Assembly: GCA_018712865.1 (NCBI GenBank)
Contig: DVGH01000034.1
Span: forward strand, 48,941-112,940
From: Candidatus Scatovicinus merdipullorum
GTDB lineage: Bacteria > Bacillota > Clostridia > Oscillospirales > Acutalibacteraceae
Length of the DNA stretch: 64,000 bases
Reading direction: 5' to 3'
Shown: positions 53,233 through 62,888 of the stretch, in pieces
Numbering within the stretch: the first letter of the stretch is position 1
Layout of the letters: every line of letters starts with the position of its first letter
Program-made: the position numbers and the translations under genes
The notes under the pieces: model-generated
What the model was told of the DNA's origin: nothing
Seen by the model: only the letters and a program-made list of their open reading frames with translations
Databases searched by the model: none

Positions 53233-53403
53233 GGGATCTGCAAAAATTATTTTTTATGAACCCTATCCTATCAAACCGCCTGCGGTCACCTGCCGCGCAA
53301 AACCGCTTAAAGCAGAAAGCGGGCATCCTTCCGGACACACATCCTGCGGGCAGCTTTTTCAAAAGGCAGATGTACAAAATACCCCTTGTGCGCCACCTTT
53401 TTC

Positions 53404-53433
53404 TTGTTTCCCCACCCGGTCCAATGCTATAAT
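53404..53433 (+). promoter_or_regulatory. Sigma-A-type promoter of the M28 peptidase gene
   Basis: TTGTTT-18 bp-TGcTATAAT (extended -10). Confidence 0.5.
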
Positions 53434-53511
53434 ATTGCAAAAGCTTTACGATACCTGCTATATGTTTGATCGCACACGCTGCGGCGTCTGCTATTTACAG
53501 TATACAAAAGG

Positions 53512-54294
53512 ATGGATAAAATGGAATATGTAAAAAGGATCGCACAGGTAACACAGGAAGACAGAAAAAACGCAATCCTTTCCATACTCGACGAACTGGG
53601 TATCCGCTATACACGGCAAAAAGCAGTCTTAGGAAAACATACGCCGGAAAACATCATTGTTTCCTATAACCCCTCCTCCTCGCGCCTTGTAATCGGCGCC
53701 CATTGGGACAGCGTAGAAGGCAGCACCGGTGCAAACGACAATGCGGCGGCCTGCAGTATTTTAATCCGTCTTGCCGCGCTGCTTACAAGCTCAAAGCACA
53801 GCATAGACCTTGTGTTTTTTGACAGGGAAGAGTATGAAGATCACGGAAGCACCGCCTATCTTACATACACCGGAAAAGAAACGATTTCCGCCATGATCAA
53901 TCTGGACATGTGCGGGCACGGCGAAAACATTGTTGTTTCCGACAAAGGCAACATTGGCAACGCTCTGTTTATGCGCGTGATGGATGGCTCCATATTAAAA
54001 AAGCACAACGTCCATGCCGTCGCGTATCTGCCAAACGGGGACGACGACCGGTTTTCTCAAGCCGGTATCCCCAACATTTCCGTTTGTGCGTTAAACAGCC
54101 AGGACCTTGCCTTTTTTCAATACATATCGCAAAAAATCAATGCCGGACAGCCTCTTACGGAAGAAGATCAAACACGCTTTCTGGCGCTGGATGTAATTGC
54201 AACCATGCATTTGGGCGCAAAAGACCATATCGGCGCCGTGTCACAGGCCTCCATAGATATGCTTGTTCAATATTTATACGACGGACTGCAATAA
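53512..54294 (+). CDS. M28-family zinc aminopeptidase
   Basis: VIGAHWDSVEGSTGANDNAAACS and FFDREEYEDHGS metal-ligand regions. The start could be ATG 53521. Confidence 0.75.
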   Translation: MDKMEYVKRIAQVTQEDRKNAILSILDELGIRYTRQKAVLGKHTPENIIVSYNPSSSRLVIGAHWDSVEGSTGANDNAAACSILIRLAALLTSSKHSIDLVFFDREEYEDHGSTAYLTYTGKETISAMINLDMCGHGENIVVSDKGNIGNALFMRVMDGSILKKHNVHAVAYLPNGDDDRFSQAGIPNISVCALNSQDLAFFQYISQKINAGQPLTEEDQTRFLALDVIATMHLGAKDHIGAVSQASIDMLVQYLYDGLQ

Positions 54295-54304
54295 ACCGCA
54301 ACGT

Positions 54305-54352
54305 AAAAGCCCATTATCCGCTATGCTTTCTTTCAGCGGATAACGGGCTTTT
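54305..54352. terminator. Bidirectional terminator between convergent peptidase and ABC ATPase genes
   Basis: AAAAGCCCATTATCCGCT-12 nt-AGCGGATAACGGGCTTTT (one mismatch). Confidence 0.75.
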
Positions 54353-55123
54353 TTATAGGCTTTGGTCAAAGCGCGCAAGAAACGCTTTGGTCCTTTCATT
54401 TTGTGTATTGCCAAAAAGCTCCTGCGGCGTGCCGCTTTCAATGATTACACCGCCGTCCATAAAAATAACCCTGTCTGCAACACTTCTTGCAAAGGCCATT
54501 TCATGCGTAACCACAACCATCGTCATTTTTTCCACTGCCAGGGACCGGATCACCTTGAGGATTTCCCCCGTAAGCTCCGGGTCCAGCGCGGAGGTAGGCT
54601 CGTCAAATAAGAGCAGCTCCGGTTTAAGCGCCAAAGCTCTGGCGATAGAAACACGTTGCTGCTGTCCCCCCGAAAGCTGGTAAGGGTATGCCTGCGCTTT
54701 ATCCTTCAGCCCCATTTTCTCAAGCAGTGCAAGCGCCGTTTCCTGTGCTTCTTCCCGCGGCGTTTTCAGCACCGTCACCGCCGCCTCTGTAATATTGCGC
54801 ATAACAGAAAAATGCGGAAAAAGGTTAAAGTTTTGAAAAACAAGACCCAAATGCAGGCCTATTTTTACGCATGTCTTTTTATCCGCATACACGGCACGCC
54901 CATTTTCGTTGGTCTGCACAAGCGTTTGTCCGCAAATTTCAATCCGGCCGCTGTCAATGGTCTCCAGCTGTGTAATGCAGCGCAAAAGTGTGCTCTTCCC
55001 TGAGCCGGACGGCCCAATAATGGCAAGCACTTCCCCCTGCTTTACCTCAACGGATATATCCTTAAGGACAACAGCTTTGCCGTATGCTTTCTTAATTTTT
55101 TCAGCTGTAAGGATCTTCATCAT
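54353..55123 (-). CDS. Polar amino acid ABC transporter ATP-binding protein
   Basis: Walker [10 protein letters not shown], signature LSGGQQQR, Walker [13 protein letters not shown]. GlnQ/ArtP-like. Confidence 0.92.
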   Translation of the reverse strand: MMKILTAEKIKKAYGKAVVLKDISVEVKQGEVLAIIGPSGSGKSTLLRCITQLETIDSGRIEICGQTLVQTNENGRAVYADKKTCVKIGLHLGLVFQNFNLFPHFSVMRNITEAAVTVLKTPREEAQETALALLEKMGLKDKAQAYPYQLSGGQQQRVSIARALALKPELLLFDEPTSALDPELTGEILKVIRSLAVEKMTMVVVTHEMAFARSVADRVIFMDGGVIIESGTPQELFGNTQNERTKAFLARFDQSL

Positions 55124-55162
55124 ATTTTCCCCTTATCTTCATCATTCAACAGCCTTTTCAGC

Positions 55163-55801
55163 TCATCTATAATAGCTCAGCTTCTTCTCCAGTGCAGAAA
55201 AGAACAGCGTAACAATCCCATTCATCACAAGATAGAACAGCGCGGCTATGATGTACGGTACAACGCTCACTGCAGAATTTGCAAAGGTCTTGGTCACGTT
55301 CATCAGCTCAATAACCGATATGGTAAGCGCCAAAGACGTATCCTTTACAAGCGTGATAAACTCATTGCCCATCGGCGGAAGAATCTGCTTAATCACCTGG
55401 GGCAGTATAATTTTTAAAAATGTCTGTCCCTTTGTAAAACCCAAAACCTTGGAGGCTTCATATTGCCCCTGGGGAATGCTTTGGATTCCGCCTCTGTAAA
55501 TTTCTGCAAAATATGCCGCATAATTTAAAGAAAATGCAATAATGCAGGCGGTAAAGCGGTCAAAAACAATTCCAATAAAAGGAAGGCCAAAAAATACAAA
55601 CATCAGCTGCAGCATAAGCGGCGTACCGCGCATAACCAGCAAATACAGCTGGATCGGTATGCGCACAATTTTCAGCTTCGACATCCTTCCAAAAGAAAGA
55701 ATCAGCCCCAGCGGCAGTGCAAACAGCAGCGTCAGCCCAAAAATCATACCGGTGAACATCGCACCGGAGAGCATTTCCTCCAATAACACCTGAAAATTCA
55801 T
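55163..55801 (-). CDS. Polar amino acid ABC transporter permease (HisM/GlnP type)
   Basis: EAA-loop region EASKVLGFTKGQTFLKIILPQ. 212 aa. Start at ATG 55801 behind AAAGGAGAA. Confidence 0.9.
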   Translation of the reverse strand: MNFQVLLEEMLSGAMFTGMIFGLTLLFALPLGLILSFGRMSKLKIVRIPIQLYLLVMRGTPLMLQLMFVFFGLPFIGIVFDRFTACIIAFSLNYAAYFAEIYRGGIQSIPQGQYEASKVLGFTKGQTFLKIILPQVIKQILPPMGNEFITLVKDTSLALTISVIELMNVTKTFANSAVSVVPYIIAALFYLVMNGIVTLFFSALEKKLSYYR

Positions 55802-55940
55802 GATATATGTTCTCCTTTGCCCCGGATTCCACTTCCCAGCTTTCTGTAAAACGCGCCGCACCGCTGTCGTTTTTTCGGAAAGCCTGATAAAACCGCAAGG
55901 GGGCGGTCAAAGCTCCCGCCCCCCGGATGTTTCTATGCTT

Positions 55941-56813
55941 TTATTCCACTGCCGTAATGTCTTCGTCAAACCAGTCATTAGAAATTTCTGCAAGCGTACC
56001 GTCCTGCTTCATTTCCTGCAGTGTGCTGTAAATTTTGTCTTTCAGTGCCTTGTCGCCTTTTCTGAACCCAATTACATAATCCTCTTGAGCAAGGGACGCT
56101 TCCTCCCCGTTTTCATCCTGTACAATCTGGTACAGCTCCGGGTCCCTTGCAATATAATAGCGTGCCACAATTTCATCAATGGCAATTCCATCAATCGTTC
56201 CGTTTTGCAGCTCCAAAACGGCAGACGTATAATTTTCTATGCCAATAACCTGACCTAACGTATTTTTAAACGCTTCATTCTCATTAAGCGCCGTTTCTGC
56301 TGAACTGTCCTTCTGCACACCCAGAATTTTCCCGGCGAGCGAATCCATTGTCGTGTATGCAGATCCTTTCAGCGTAATGATAAACTGCTTGTTCTGCATA
56401 TAAGGAGCCGACACCAGCATTTCCTGCGCACGCTCCTCGGTATAGCTCATACCGTTCCAGATGCAGTCAATGTTGCCGCCGTCAAGCTCAAGCTGCTTAT
56501 TGTCCCAGTTAATGGGCGTCTTTACCAGTTCCAAGCCCAGGCGCTTACAAACCTCCTCTGCAAGGTCAATATCAAAGCCGACAATTTCCCCTGTTTCGGT
56601 ATCCCTGTACCCCATGGGCGGAAATTCCGCATCCAGGCCAAGGACCAGCTTCCCTGCGCTTTGAACCTTTGTCCATGAATCATCCGTACCACCCTGTGTA
56701 GCAATGTCCGCTTCGCTTTCATTACCGCCTGTTTGTGCATTTTCCTGCGAGCAGCCCGCTATCAGCGTCATCACCATAAGCGCCGCAAGAATAAACGCTG
56801 TTATTTTCTTCAT
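55941..56813 (-). CDS. Amino acid ABC transporter substrate-binding lipoprotein
   Basis: Lipobox MKKITAFILAALMVMTLIAGC. Type 3 SBP fold motifs (LVLGLDAEFPPMGY, IDCIWNGMS). Start at ATG 56813 behind GGGGGAG. Confidence 0.9.
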   Translation of the reverse strand: MKKITAFILAALMVMTLIAGCSQENAQTGGNESEADIATQGGTDDSWTKVQSAGKLVLGLDAEFPPMGYRDTETGEIVGFDIDLAEEVCKRLGLELVKTPINWDNKQLELDGGNIDCIWNGMSYTEERAQEMLVSAPYMQNKQFIITLKGSAYTTMDSLAGKILGVQKDSSAETALNENEAFKNTLGQVIGIENYTSAVLELQNGTIDGIAIDEIVARYYIARDPELYQIVQDENGEEASLAQEDYVIGFRKGDKALKDKIYSTLQEMKQDGTLAEISNDWFDEDITAVE

Positions 56814-56938
56814 AAAAAGCTCCCCCATACAAAATGTTTTAGCGTGAAAAACACGCCGACAAGGCAAATTTTATCATATTAACAAGATAGAGTAAATAGG
56901 CAAATTAAACAAGATTTTGTCAAAATTGCACAGCACAC

Positions 56939-56974
56939 AAAAAAACCTCCGGCAAAACATAGCCGGAGGTTTTT
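56939..56974 (-). terminator. Rho-independent terminator after the zinc-ribbon gene
   Basis: CCTCCGGC-8 nt-GCCGGAGG flanked by an A-run and a T-run (symmetric). Confidence 0.8.
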
Positions 56975-57005
56975 GTTCGCATGAAAAACTCTATTTAAAA
57001 GAATT

Positions 57006-57287
57006 TTATTCCTGCTCTTCTCTCATTTTTGCGAAACAGTCACTGCAATATACAGCGCGGTCTTCTCTGGGCTTAAAAGGAACCCTGGCTTCCTGTCCGC
57101 ATGCTGCACAGGTGGCCACAAACATTTCGCGGTCAGCCTTCGCCGCGTTCTTTCTTGCGTCACGGCAGGGCTTACATCTCTGCGGCTCGTTTACAAAGCC
57201 TTTTTCCGCATAAAATTCCTGCTCGCCCGCGGTGAAAATAAATTCCTGCCCGCACTCCTTGCAAATGAGAGTTTTGTCTTCGTACAT
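57006..57287 (-). CDS. Zinc-ribbon protein with four CxxC pairs (zf-trcl-like)
   Basis: 93 aa: CKECGQEF...CKPCRD...CAACGQE...CSDCF. RBS GAGGTAAA. Confidence 0.8.
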   Translation of the reverse strand: MYEDKTLICKECGQEFIFTAGEQEFYAEKGFVNEPQRCKPCRDARKNAAKADREMFVATCAACGQEARVPFKPREDRAVYCSDCFAKMREEQE

Positions 57288-57400
57288 GTGATTTTACCTC
57301 GCTTTGGATTAAATAAATTTTTCGCCCCCGGGCGGATTTGCACCGCCGCCTTTGTAAAACAACGCTCTTCTGGAATAAGCTACATGGGACATATTGAATT

Positions 57401-57988
57401 TTAAACGCTCCTGAGTTTTTTTCTTATTCTCTGTAAAGCATTGTCTACCGCCTTCGGGTGCGTACCCAAAGCTTTTGCTGTTTGGGCGTAGGTGTGTCCG
57501 CTTAAATAGTAAGAAAGCACCTGCAGCTCAAAAGGGGAAAGCACGCTTTTAATGTGCCGCATCACCGCTTGATAGCTTTCTGCGTCAATCAGTTCCTGCT
57601 CCGGATCACGGGACACCCCACCGCCCGGCTGCAGGCTGCTGTCAGACAACGGCACAAGGCATTCCTGCGGAATATCCTTTGCCCTCTTTTCACTTTTATA
57701 TACAGACATAAAGCGCCGCTGAATACAAACCCCTACATAAGTGGAAAAAGAAGCGCCTGCCGTACTGTCAAAGCTCTTTACCGCATGAATAAAAGAAATA
57801 AAACCCTCCTGGATAAAGTCCTCAAGCTCCGTTTTGGCTCCGCGATATACAGAAGCCTTCGCCCGGATTACCGAAAGATAGCGCTCTGCCAGCGTATTAA
57901 ACGCATTTCCATCGCCGCTGCGGATCAATGCAATCAGGCGGTCGTCAGAATAGTTGTCCATATGCTTATCCGACCATGTTTTACCCAT
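57401..57988 (-). CDS. Sigma-70-family (group 4/ECF-like) RNA polymerase sigma factor
   Basis: Region 2 (DFIQEGFISFIHAVKSFD...FSTYVGVCIQRR) and region 4 HTH (HTYAQTAKALGTHPKAVDNALQRIRKKL). 195 aa. Confidence 0.85.
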   Translation of the reverse strand: MGKTWSDKHMDNYSDDRLIALIRSGDGNAFNTLAERYLSVIRAKASVYRGAKTELEDFIQEGFISFIHAVKSFDSTAGASFSTYVGVCIQRRFMSVYKSEKRAKDIPQECLVPLSDSSLQPGGGVSRDPEQELIDAESYQAVMRHIKSVLSPFELQVLSYYLSGHTYAQTAKALGTHPKAVDNALQRIRKKLRSV

Positions 57989-58271
57989 AAAATTACCCCG
58001 CCGCCGATCCTTTTGCCTGTGTAATGGATATTGTACTGCATTTCTAAAAATAAGTCAAATACTTTTTTCTATTCCTTGTAAAATTATAAAAAGATGTGTT
58101 AAATTTTTAGATACAATCTACACATTCCTGTCGTAAAAGCAAATTTTGTATGCCCTTTTGAGCTTTCTTTGCCGCTCATTTGTGAAGAATACAAACATAT
58201 TTTATTTTGTTTGTATACGCTATGGTAAAATACGGTCATATATCATACGCATTGTAAAAGGAAGTGGCACT

Positions 58272-59798
58272 ATGGTCGTACATTGCAACAGCCTTGGGCT
58301 TTTCGGGTTGGATGCCTTTTTGGTAGAGGTAGAAGCAGACGTATCAAACGGGATGGCTGCGTTTGATATTGTCGGGCTGCCCGATGCCGCCGTCAAAGAA
58401 TCGCGTGACCGGGTGCGCGCCGCATTGAAAAACTGCGGGTTTACTTTTCCCTTAGGCAGGATCACCATCAACCTTGCACCGGCAGATATCCGTAAAGAAG
58501 GCCCCTTATACGATCTGCCCATTCTCGCCGCTTTGCTGCAGGCAACCGGGCAGATCGCACCGCTGCCGGACGACGTCGCCCTGATCGGCGAGCTGTCCCT
58601 AAGCGGGGAGATCCGACGGATAAACGGCATACTGCCCATGGCCATCCATGCAAAGCAGTCAGGGATCAAAAAGCTGTTTGTTCCTTATGCAAACGCGCAG
58701 GAAGGCGCCGTTGTACAGGGGCTTTGCATTTACCCTGTACAAAACCTGAAGCAGCTGCTTTTACATTTAAACGGCAGGCAGGAAATAACGCCCGCCCGCC
58801 TTGCTGCCGAACCCGCTTTGCAGCCCCCAACCCTGCTGGATTTTTCCCAGGTCAAAGGTCAGTACGAAGCAAAGCGCGCTATGGAGGTCGCCGCCGCAGG
58901 CGGCCACAATATCCTACTGGTCGGCCCGCCCGGCTCCGGCAAAAGTATGCTTGCCAAGCGCCTGCCTTCCATTTTGCCGGACATGCGTTTTGAAGAAACC
59001 ATAGAAACGACAAAAATCCATTCCATTGCCGGCGTATTAAAAAACGGGCAGCTTGTACGCAGCCGGCCATTCCGCAGCCCGCACCACACGGTTTCGGCCG
59101 CGGGCCTTTCCGGTGGCGGCGCAATACCAAAGCCCGGCGAGCTTTCTCTGGCGCACAACGGCGTACTTTTTTTGGACGAGCTGCCGGAATTCTCGCGCAG
59201 CGCACTTGAGGTGCTGCGCCAACCGGTAGAGGAAGGCGTCGTAACCATATCCAGGGTCAGCGGCAGCGTTTCCTATCCCTGCCGCGTCATGCTGGTTGCC
59301 GCTATGAACCCCTGCCCATGCGGCTATTTTGGCCATCCCACGCGCAAATGCTCCTGCACACCCGGCGCTGTAGCGCGCTATCTTTCGCGCGTGTCAGGCC
59401 CGCTGCTGGACCGGCTGGATCTGCATATAGAGGTTCCTCCCGTCCGGTTCGAAGAACTGGCAAAAGACAGCCATGAAGAAAGCTCTCAACAGGTACAAAC
59501 GCGCGTAAACCGTGCAAGAGAAATACAGCGCGCGCGTTACAAAGACAGCAAAATTACATGCAACGCACATTTAAGCCCCGCTATGCTCCAGCGCTGCTGT
59601 CCTATGGACGCTAAGGCCGAGCTTTTATTAAAGAACGCTTTTGACAGACTGGGCTTTTCAGCACGCGCCTATGACCGTGTGCTGAAGGTATCGCGCACCA
59701 TTGCGGACCTTGAAGGGAGCCAGATAATCCGCTCTGCGCACATTGCAGAAGCAATCCAGTACAGAAGTCTCGACCGGAAATACTGGCGCACAGTATGA
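58272..59798 (+). CDS. comM: YifB/ComM-family Mg-chelatase-like AAA+ ATPase
   Basis: Lon-protease-like N-domain, Walker A GPPGSGKSM, Walker B VLFLDELPEF, zinc motif CPCGY...C.C. Start at ATG 58272 behind AAAGGAAG. Confidence 0.92.
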   Translation: MVVHCNSLGLFGLDAFLVEVEADVSNGMAAFDIVGLPDAAVKESRDRVRAALKNCGFTFPLGRITINLAPADIRKEGPLYDLPILAALLQATGQIAPLPDDVALIGELSLSGEIRRINGILPMAIHAKQSGIKKLFVPYANAQEGAVVQGLCIYPVQNLKQLLLHLNGRQEITPARLAAEPALQPPTLLDFSQVKGQYEAKRAMEVAAAGGHNILLVGPPGSGKSMLAKRLPSILPDMRFEETIETTKIHSIAGVLKNGQLVRSRPFRSPHHTVSAAGLSGGGAIPKPGELSLAHNGVLFLDELPEFSRSALEVLRQPVEEGVVTISRVSGSVSYPCRVMLVAAMNPCPCGYFGHPTRKCSCTPGAVARYLSRVSGPLLDRLDLHIEVPPVRFEELAKDSHEESSQQVQTRVNRAREIQRARYKDSKITCNAHLSPAMLQRCCPMDAKAELLLKNAFDRLGFSARAYDRVLKVSRTIADLEGSQIIRSAHIAEAIQYRSLDRKYWRTV

Positions 59799-59932
59799 AT
59801 AAAACCGCGCGCCTTATCGTTTGATTTCACGCGCCATATAGCCATATAAAAGAAACCTGCACGATTGCGCCGCACTTTTGTGTAAATAATTACAAAATTG
59901 GTTAAAATGATGTTACGAACACGATTTTCGGT

Positions 59933-59961
59933 TGACAAGAATATGGAATTGTATTATCATT
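59933..59961 (+). promoter_or_regulatory. Sigma-A-type promoter upstream of the second murA
   Basis: TTGACA-17 bp-TATCAT, about 190 nt upstream of the murA2 start. Confidence 0.5.
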
Positions 59962-60056
59962 GCAAGTAGTGTTTTTTTGGTAATGTTGCAACAGCAAACA
60001 ACCATATGTTTGATTATATCGAACAAAAAACAAATTCGCAGGTTTTGAATTCCGAC

Positions 60057-60083
60057 AAATTCCGGACTGGTTCCGGAATTTTT
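60057..60083 (+). terminator. Terminator-like hairpin inside the murA2 leader
   Basis: AAATTCCGGA-ctggt-TCCGGAATTT followed by TT(A). It lies between the candidate promoter and the murA2 start. Confidence 0.45.
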
Positions 60084-60155
60084 ATACATAGGCGGATTGC
60101 ACCGTTGGTACATAAAACGGCGCAAACTGAAAAACGATATGGGAGTGTGCCACAC

Positions 60156-61442
60156 TTGGATAAATTTGTGATCAACGGCGGCCTCCCCCTAAAAGGGGAA
60201 GTTACCGTAAGCGGGGCAAAGAATGCGGCTGTCGCCATTATTCCGGCTGTTATTCTTGCCGATGAGCCCTGCCGCATTGAAAATATACCAAACATCAGCG
60301 ACGTAACCTTTATTGCAAATATTTTGGCGCAAATCGGCGCCAGCGTTAAAAGAATTAACAAATCCACTTTGGAAATAGACCCCACCGGTATACGTACCTC
60401 TATTGCAACCTACGAACAGGTCAAGGGCATGCGCGCCTCTTATTATCTTTTGGGCGCACTCCTTGGGAAATTCAACCAGGCGCAGGTTGCCATGCCGGGC
60501 GGGTGCGATTTTGGCGTTCGCCCTGTCGACCAGCATTTAAAGGGCTTTGCCGCTTTGGGTGCCAAGCACGAACTGATCAACGGTGCGGTCATCAGCGTAA
60601 GCGCCGAACAGCTTGTGGGGGCGCATATTTATCTGGACGTCGTTTCTGTGGGCGCAACCATGAACATCATGCTTGCAGCCGTAAAGGCACAGGGCATGAC
60701 TGTGCTGGAAAATGCCGCAAAGGAACCGCACGTTGTCGACCTTGCAAATTTTTTAAACTCCATGGGCGCAGATATCCGCGGCGCAGGTACAGACGTCATT
60801 AAAATCAGAGGTGTGCAGCATCTGCACGGAACAACCTATTCCATTATTCCTGACCAGATCGAAGCAGGCACCTATATGGTCGCCGCTGCTGCCACAAACG
60901 GCGATGTTCTGGTTAAAAACGTTATCCCCAAGCATTTAGAATCCATTTCTGCAAAGCTGCGCGAAATGGGCGCACAGGTTACGGAATATGACGAGGCCGT
61001 CCATGTAAAGAGCAGCGGACGCCTTTCACGCTGCAATATAAAAACAATGCCGCATCCCGGTTTCCCAACCGATATGCAGCCGCAGTTTGCGGCACTTCTG
61101 TCGATTTCCAACGGTACCAGCATCATTAACGAAAACGTATGGGATAACCGTTTCCGCTATGTCAGTGAACTTTGCAGGATGGGCGCGCAAATTTCTGTCG
61201 ACGGCAGGCTTGCTATTATCGAGGGTGTGGAAGAGCTGATCGCCGCACCCGTAAAGGCAACCGACCTGCGTGCCGGCGCGGCTATGATTATTGCCGGCCT
61301 TTGCGCAAAGGGCACGACAGAAATTGAAAACATTGTGCATATAGAGCGCGGCTATGAAGATATTGTCAATAAATTCAGGGGACTTGGCGCAGACATCAAA
61401 AAAGAGCGTACACAAACTACCACGCACGTTGTAACGGCTTGA
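60156..61442 (+). CDS. murA: UDP-N-acetylglucosamine 1-carboxyvinyltransferase (copy 2)
   Basis: (TTG)M-DKFVINGGLPLKGEVTVSGAKNAAVAI, active-site Cys in MPGGCDFGVRPVDQH. TTG 60156 lies 11 nt after GGGAG. The 50-codon upstream extension in the track has no RBS. Confidence 0.9.
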   Translation: MDKFVINGGLPLKGEVTVSGAKNAAVAIIPAVILADEPCRIENIPNISDVTFIANILAQIGASVKRINKSTLEIDPTGIRTSIATYEQVKGMRASYYLLGALLGKFNQAQVAMPGGCDFGVRPVDQHLKGFAALGAKHELINGAVISVSAEQLVGAHIYLDVVSVGATMNIMLAAVKAQGMTVLENAAKEPHVVDLANFLNSMGADIRGAGTDVIKIRGVQHLHGTTYSIIPDQIEAGTYMVAAAATNGDVLVKNVIPKHLESISAKLREMGAQVTEYDEAVHVKSSGRLSRCNIKTMPHPGFPTDMQPQFAALLSISNGTSIINENVWDNRFRYVSELCRMGAQISVDGRLAIIEGVEELIAAPVKATDLRAGAAMIIAGLCAKGTTEIENIVHIERGYEDIVNKFRGLGADIKKERTQTTTHVVTA

Positions 61443-61480
61443 TTTTTTGAAGCACCGGTGATGATTTTTAAAAGAAGGAA

Positions 61481-61511
61481 AGGCGGACAGCTTTGTCTGC
61501 CTTCTTTTTTC
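61481..61511 (+). terminator. Rho-independent terminator after murA2
   Basis: AAGGCGGACA-gctt-TGTCTGCCTT (one G-U) followed by CTTTTTT. Confidence 0.75.
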
Positions 61512-61564
61512 ATATATACAAAAACGTAAAAGACACAAAGATTTTTTAAGGAGCGCTTTTTCAT

Positions 61565-62356
61565 ATGGCACGTTTATGCCCACTGTTTTCCGGCAGCAAA
61601 GGCAATTGCTACTACATAGGCAGCGGCAGCGGCGGCATTTTGGTTGACGCGGGCCGCAGCGCCAAGCAAATTGAAGCTGCCATGGTACAAAACGAACTGG
61701 ATATCCGCCTTGTAAAAGGCATTTTCATTACACATGAGCATTCTGACCATATACAGGGGCTGCGCGTGCTTGCTTCGCGTTACCATATGGATGTCTATGC
61801 ATCCTCCGGCACGCTTGAAGCACTGGACGCCCAAGGTGTCCTAAACGGTCAGTTTAAAAGCCATACGGTCGAAAGCAGCGGCGTGCAGGCCGGCGATATG
61901 CTGATCCGGCCTTTTCAAACATCACATGACGCAAAAGAAAGTACGGGCTTTGTCGTTACCACCGGCGATGGAAGAAAGGCCGCCGTCGCAACAGACACCG
62001 GCGTTTTAACAGAAGCTATCAAACAGGCTGTTTTGGGTTGTGACTGTGTGATTATTGAGTCAAACCACGACGTGGGCATGCTGCTCAACGGCATCTATCC
62101 ATATTACCTAAAACGCCGAATTTTATCAGACCGGGGCCATCTTTCCAACGAGGTGTGCGCGCAATTTCTTCCCACGCTGGTCAAACATGGTACAACCAGG
62201 CTTGTGCTGGCTCATTTAAGCCGTGAAAACAACCTGCCCAATATTGCCATGCAGTCGGCTGTATGCGCGCTGGAAAGCGCCGGCATGCGCCGCGACAGCG
62301 ACTATATGCTGACAATAGCACCCGAAACCACGCAGGGAAAAACCATTCTTTTTTGA
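61565..62356 (+). CDS. MBL-fold metallo-hydrolase (YycJ/WalJ-like)
   Basis: HxHxDH motif (THEHSDH). 263 aa. Lies upstream of rlmH, as yycJ does in Bacillus. Confidence 0.85.
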   Translation: MARLCPLFSGSKGNCYYIGSGSGGILVDAGRSAKQIEAAMVQNELDIRLVKGIFITHEHSDHIQGLRVLASRYHMDVYASSGTLEALDAQGVLNGQFKSHTVESSGVQAGDMLIRPFQTSHDAKESTGFVVTTGDGRKAAVATDTGVLTEAIKQAVLGCDCVIIESNHDVGMLLNGIYPYYLKRRILSDRGHLSNEVCAQFLPTLVKHGTTRLVLAHLSRENNLPNIAMQSAVCALESAGMRRDSDYMLTIAPETTQGKTILF

Positions 62357-62370
62357 AAAGAGGCCAAATT

Positions 62371-62853
62371 ATGCTGACCATACACATCCTTTGCGTAGGC
62401 TCCTTAAAAGAATCCTACTGGGCGCAGGCCTGCGCCGAATACCAAAAACGCCTAGGCGCGTTTTGCCGCTTTACCATTACAGAGGTAAACGAAGAAAAGG
62501 CTCCGCAAAACCCCTCCCCTGCACAGATCGAACAAATTTTGCAGGCCGAGGGCAACCGCCTCCTTGCAAAAATGGATCCACAGGCATATACCGTCGCCAT
62601 GTGCATAGAAGGCAAGCCGCTTTCCTCTAAGGCATTCTCTGAACAAATAAACGCCATCGCCGTTGCGGGCACGAGCAAAATCATTTTTTTCATCGGCGGC
62701 TCCTTTGGCCTTTCCAGCACAGTCAAACAGGCCGCAAATCTGCAACTATCCATGTCTTCTATGACCTTTCCCCACCAGCTTGCGCGGGTTATGCTTTGTG
62801 AACAAATCTACCGTGCGTTCCAAATCTCCGCGGGCGGCAAGTATCATAAATAA
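62371..62853 (+). CDS. rlmH: 23S rRNA (pseudouridine1915-N3)-methyltransferase
   Basis: MLTIHILCVGSLKE...SPOUT knot C-terminus IGGSFGL...SLS.MTFPHQL.R. Start at ATG 62371 behind GAAAAGAGG. Confidence 0.92.
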   Translation: MLTIHILCVGSLKESYWAQACAEYQKRLGAFCRFTITEVNEEKAPQNPSPAQIEQILQAEGNRLLAKMDPQAYTVAMCIEGKPLSSKAFSEQINAIAVAGTSKIIFFIGGSFGLSSTVKQAANLQLSMSSMTFPHQLARVMLCEQIYRAFQISAGGKYHK

Positions 62854-62888
62854 AACAAGGGATAAAATAGAAAAGGAAGGTGGTCTAA

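Noticed and set aside
53155-53511. Possible T-box or attenuator leader for proBA (B. subtilis proBA is T-box regulated); the minus strand contains AAAAAGGTGGCGCAC
   Set aside because: The T-box-like string is imperfect (GGTGGCGCAC versus GGTGGTACCGCG). It lies upstream of the best proB promoter rather than in the leader, and it lacks an adjacent terminator hairpin with a U-tract.
60006-60155. 50-codon N-terminal extension of murA2 from ATG 60006, and similar extensions in the track for cysK, nfo, murG, mraY, recO, ptsH, comM, rlmH, the ABC permease/SBP and the 98-aa small ORF
   Set aside because: The extensions lack RBSs and are not homologous to the family N-termini. In each case an internal start with a strong Shine-Dalgarno sequence coincides with the conserved N-terminus.
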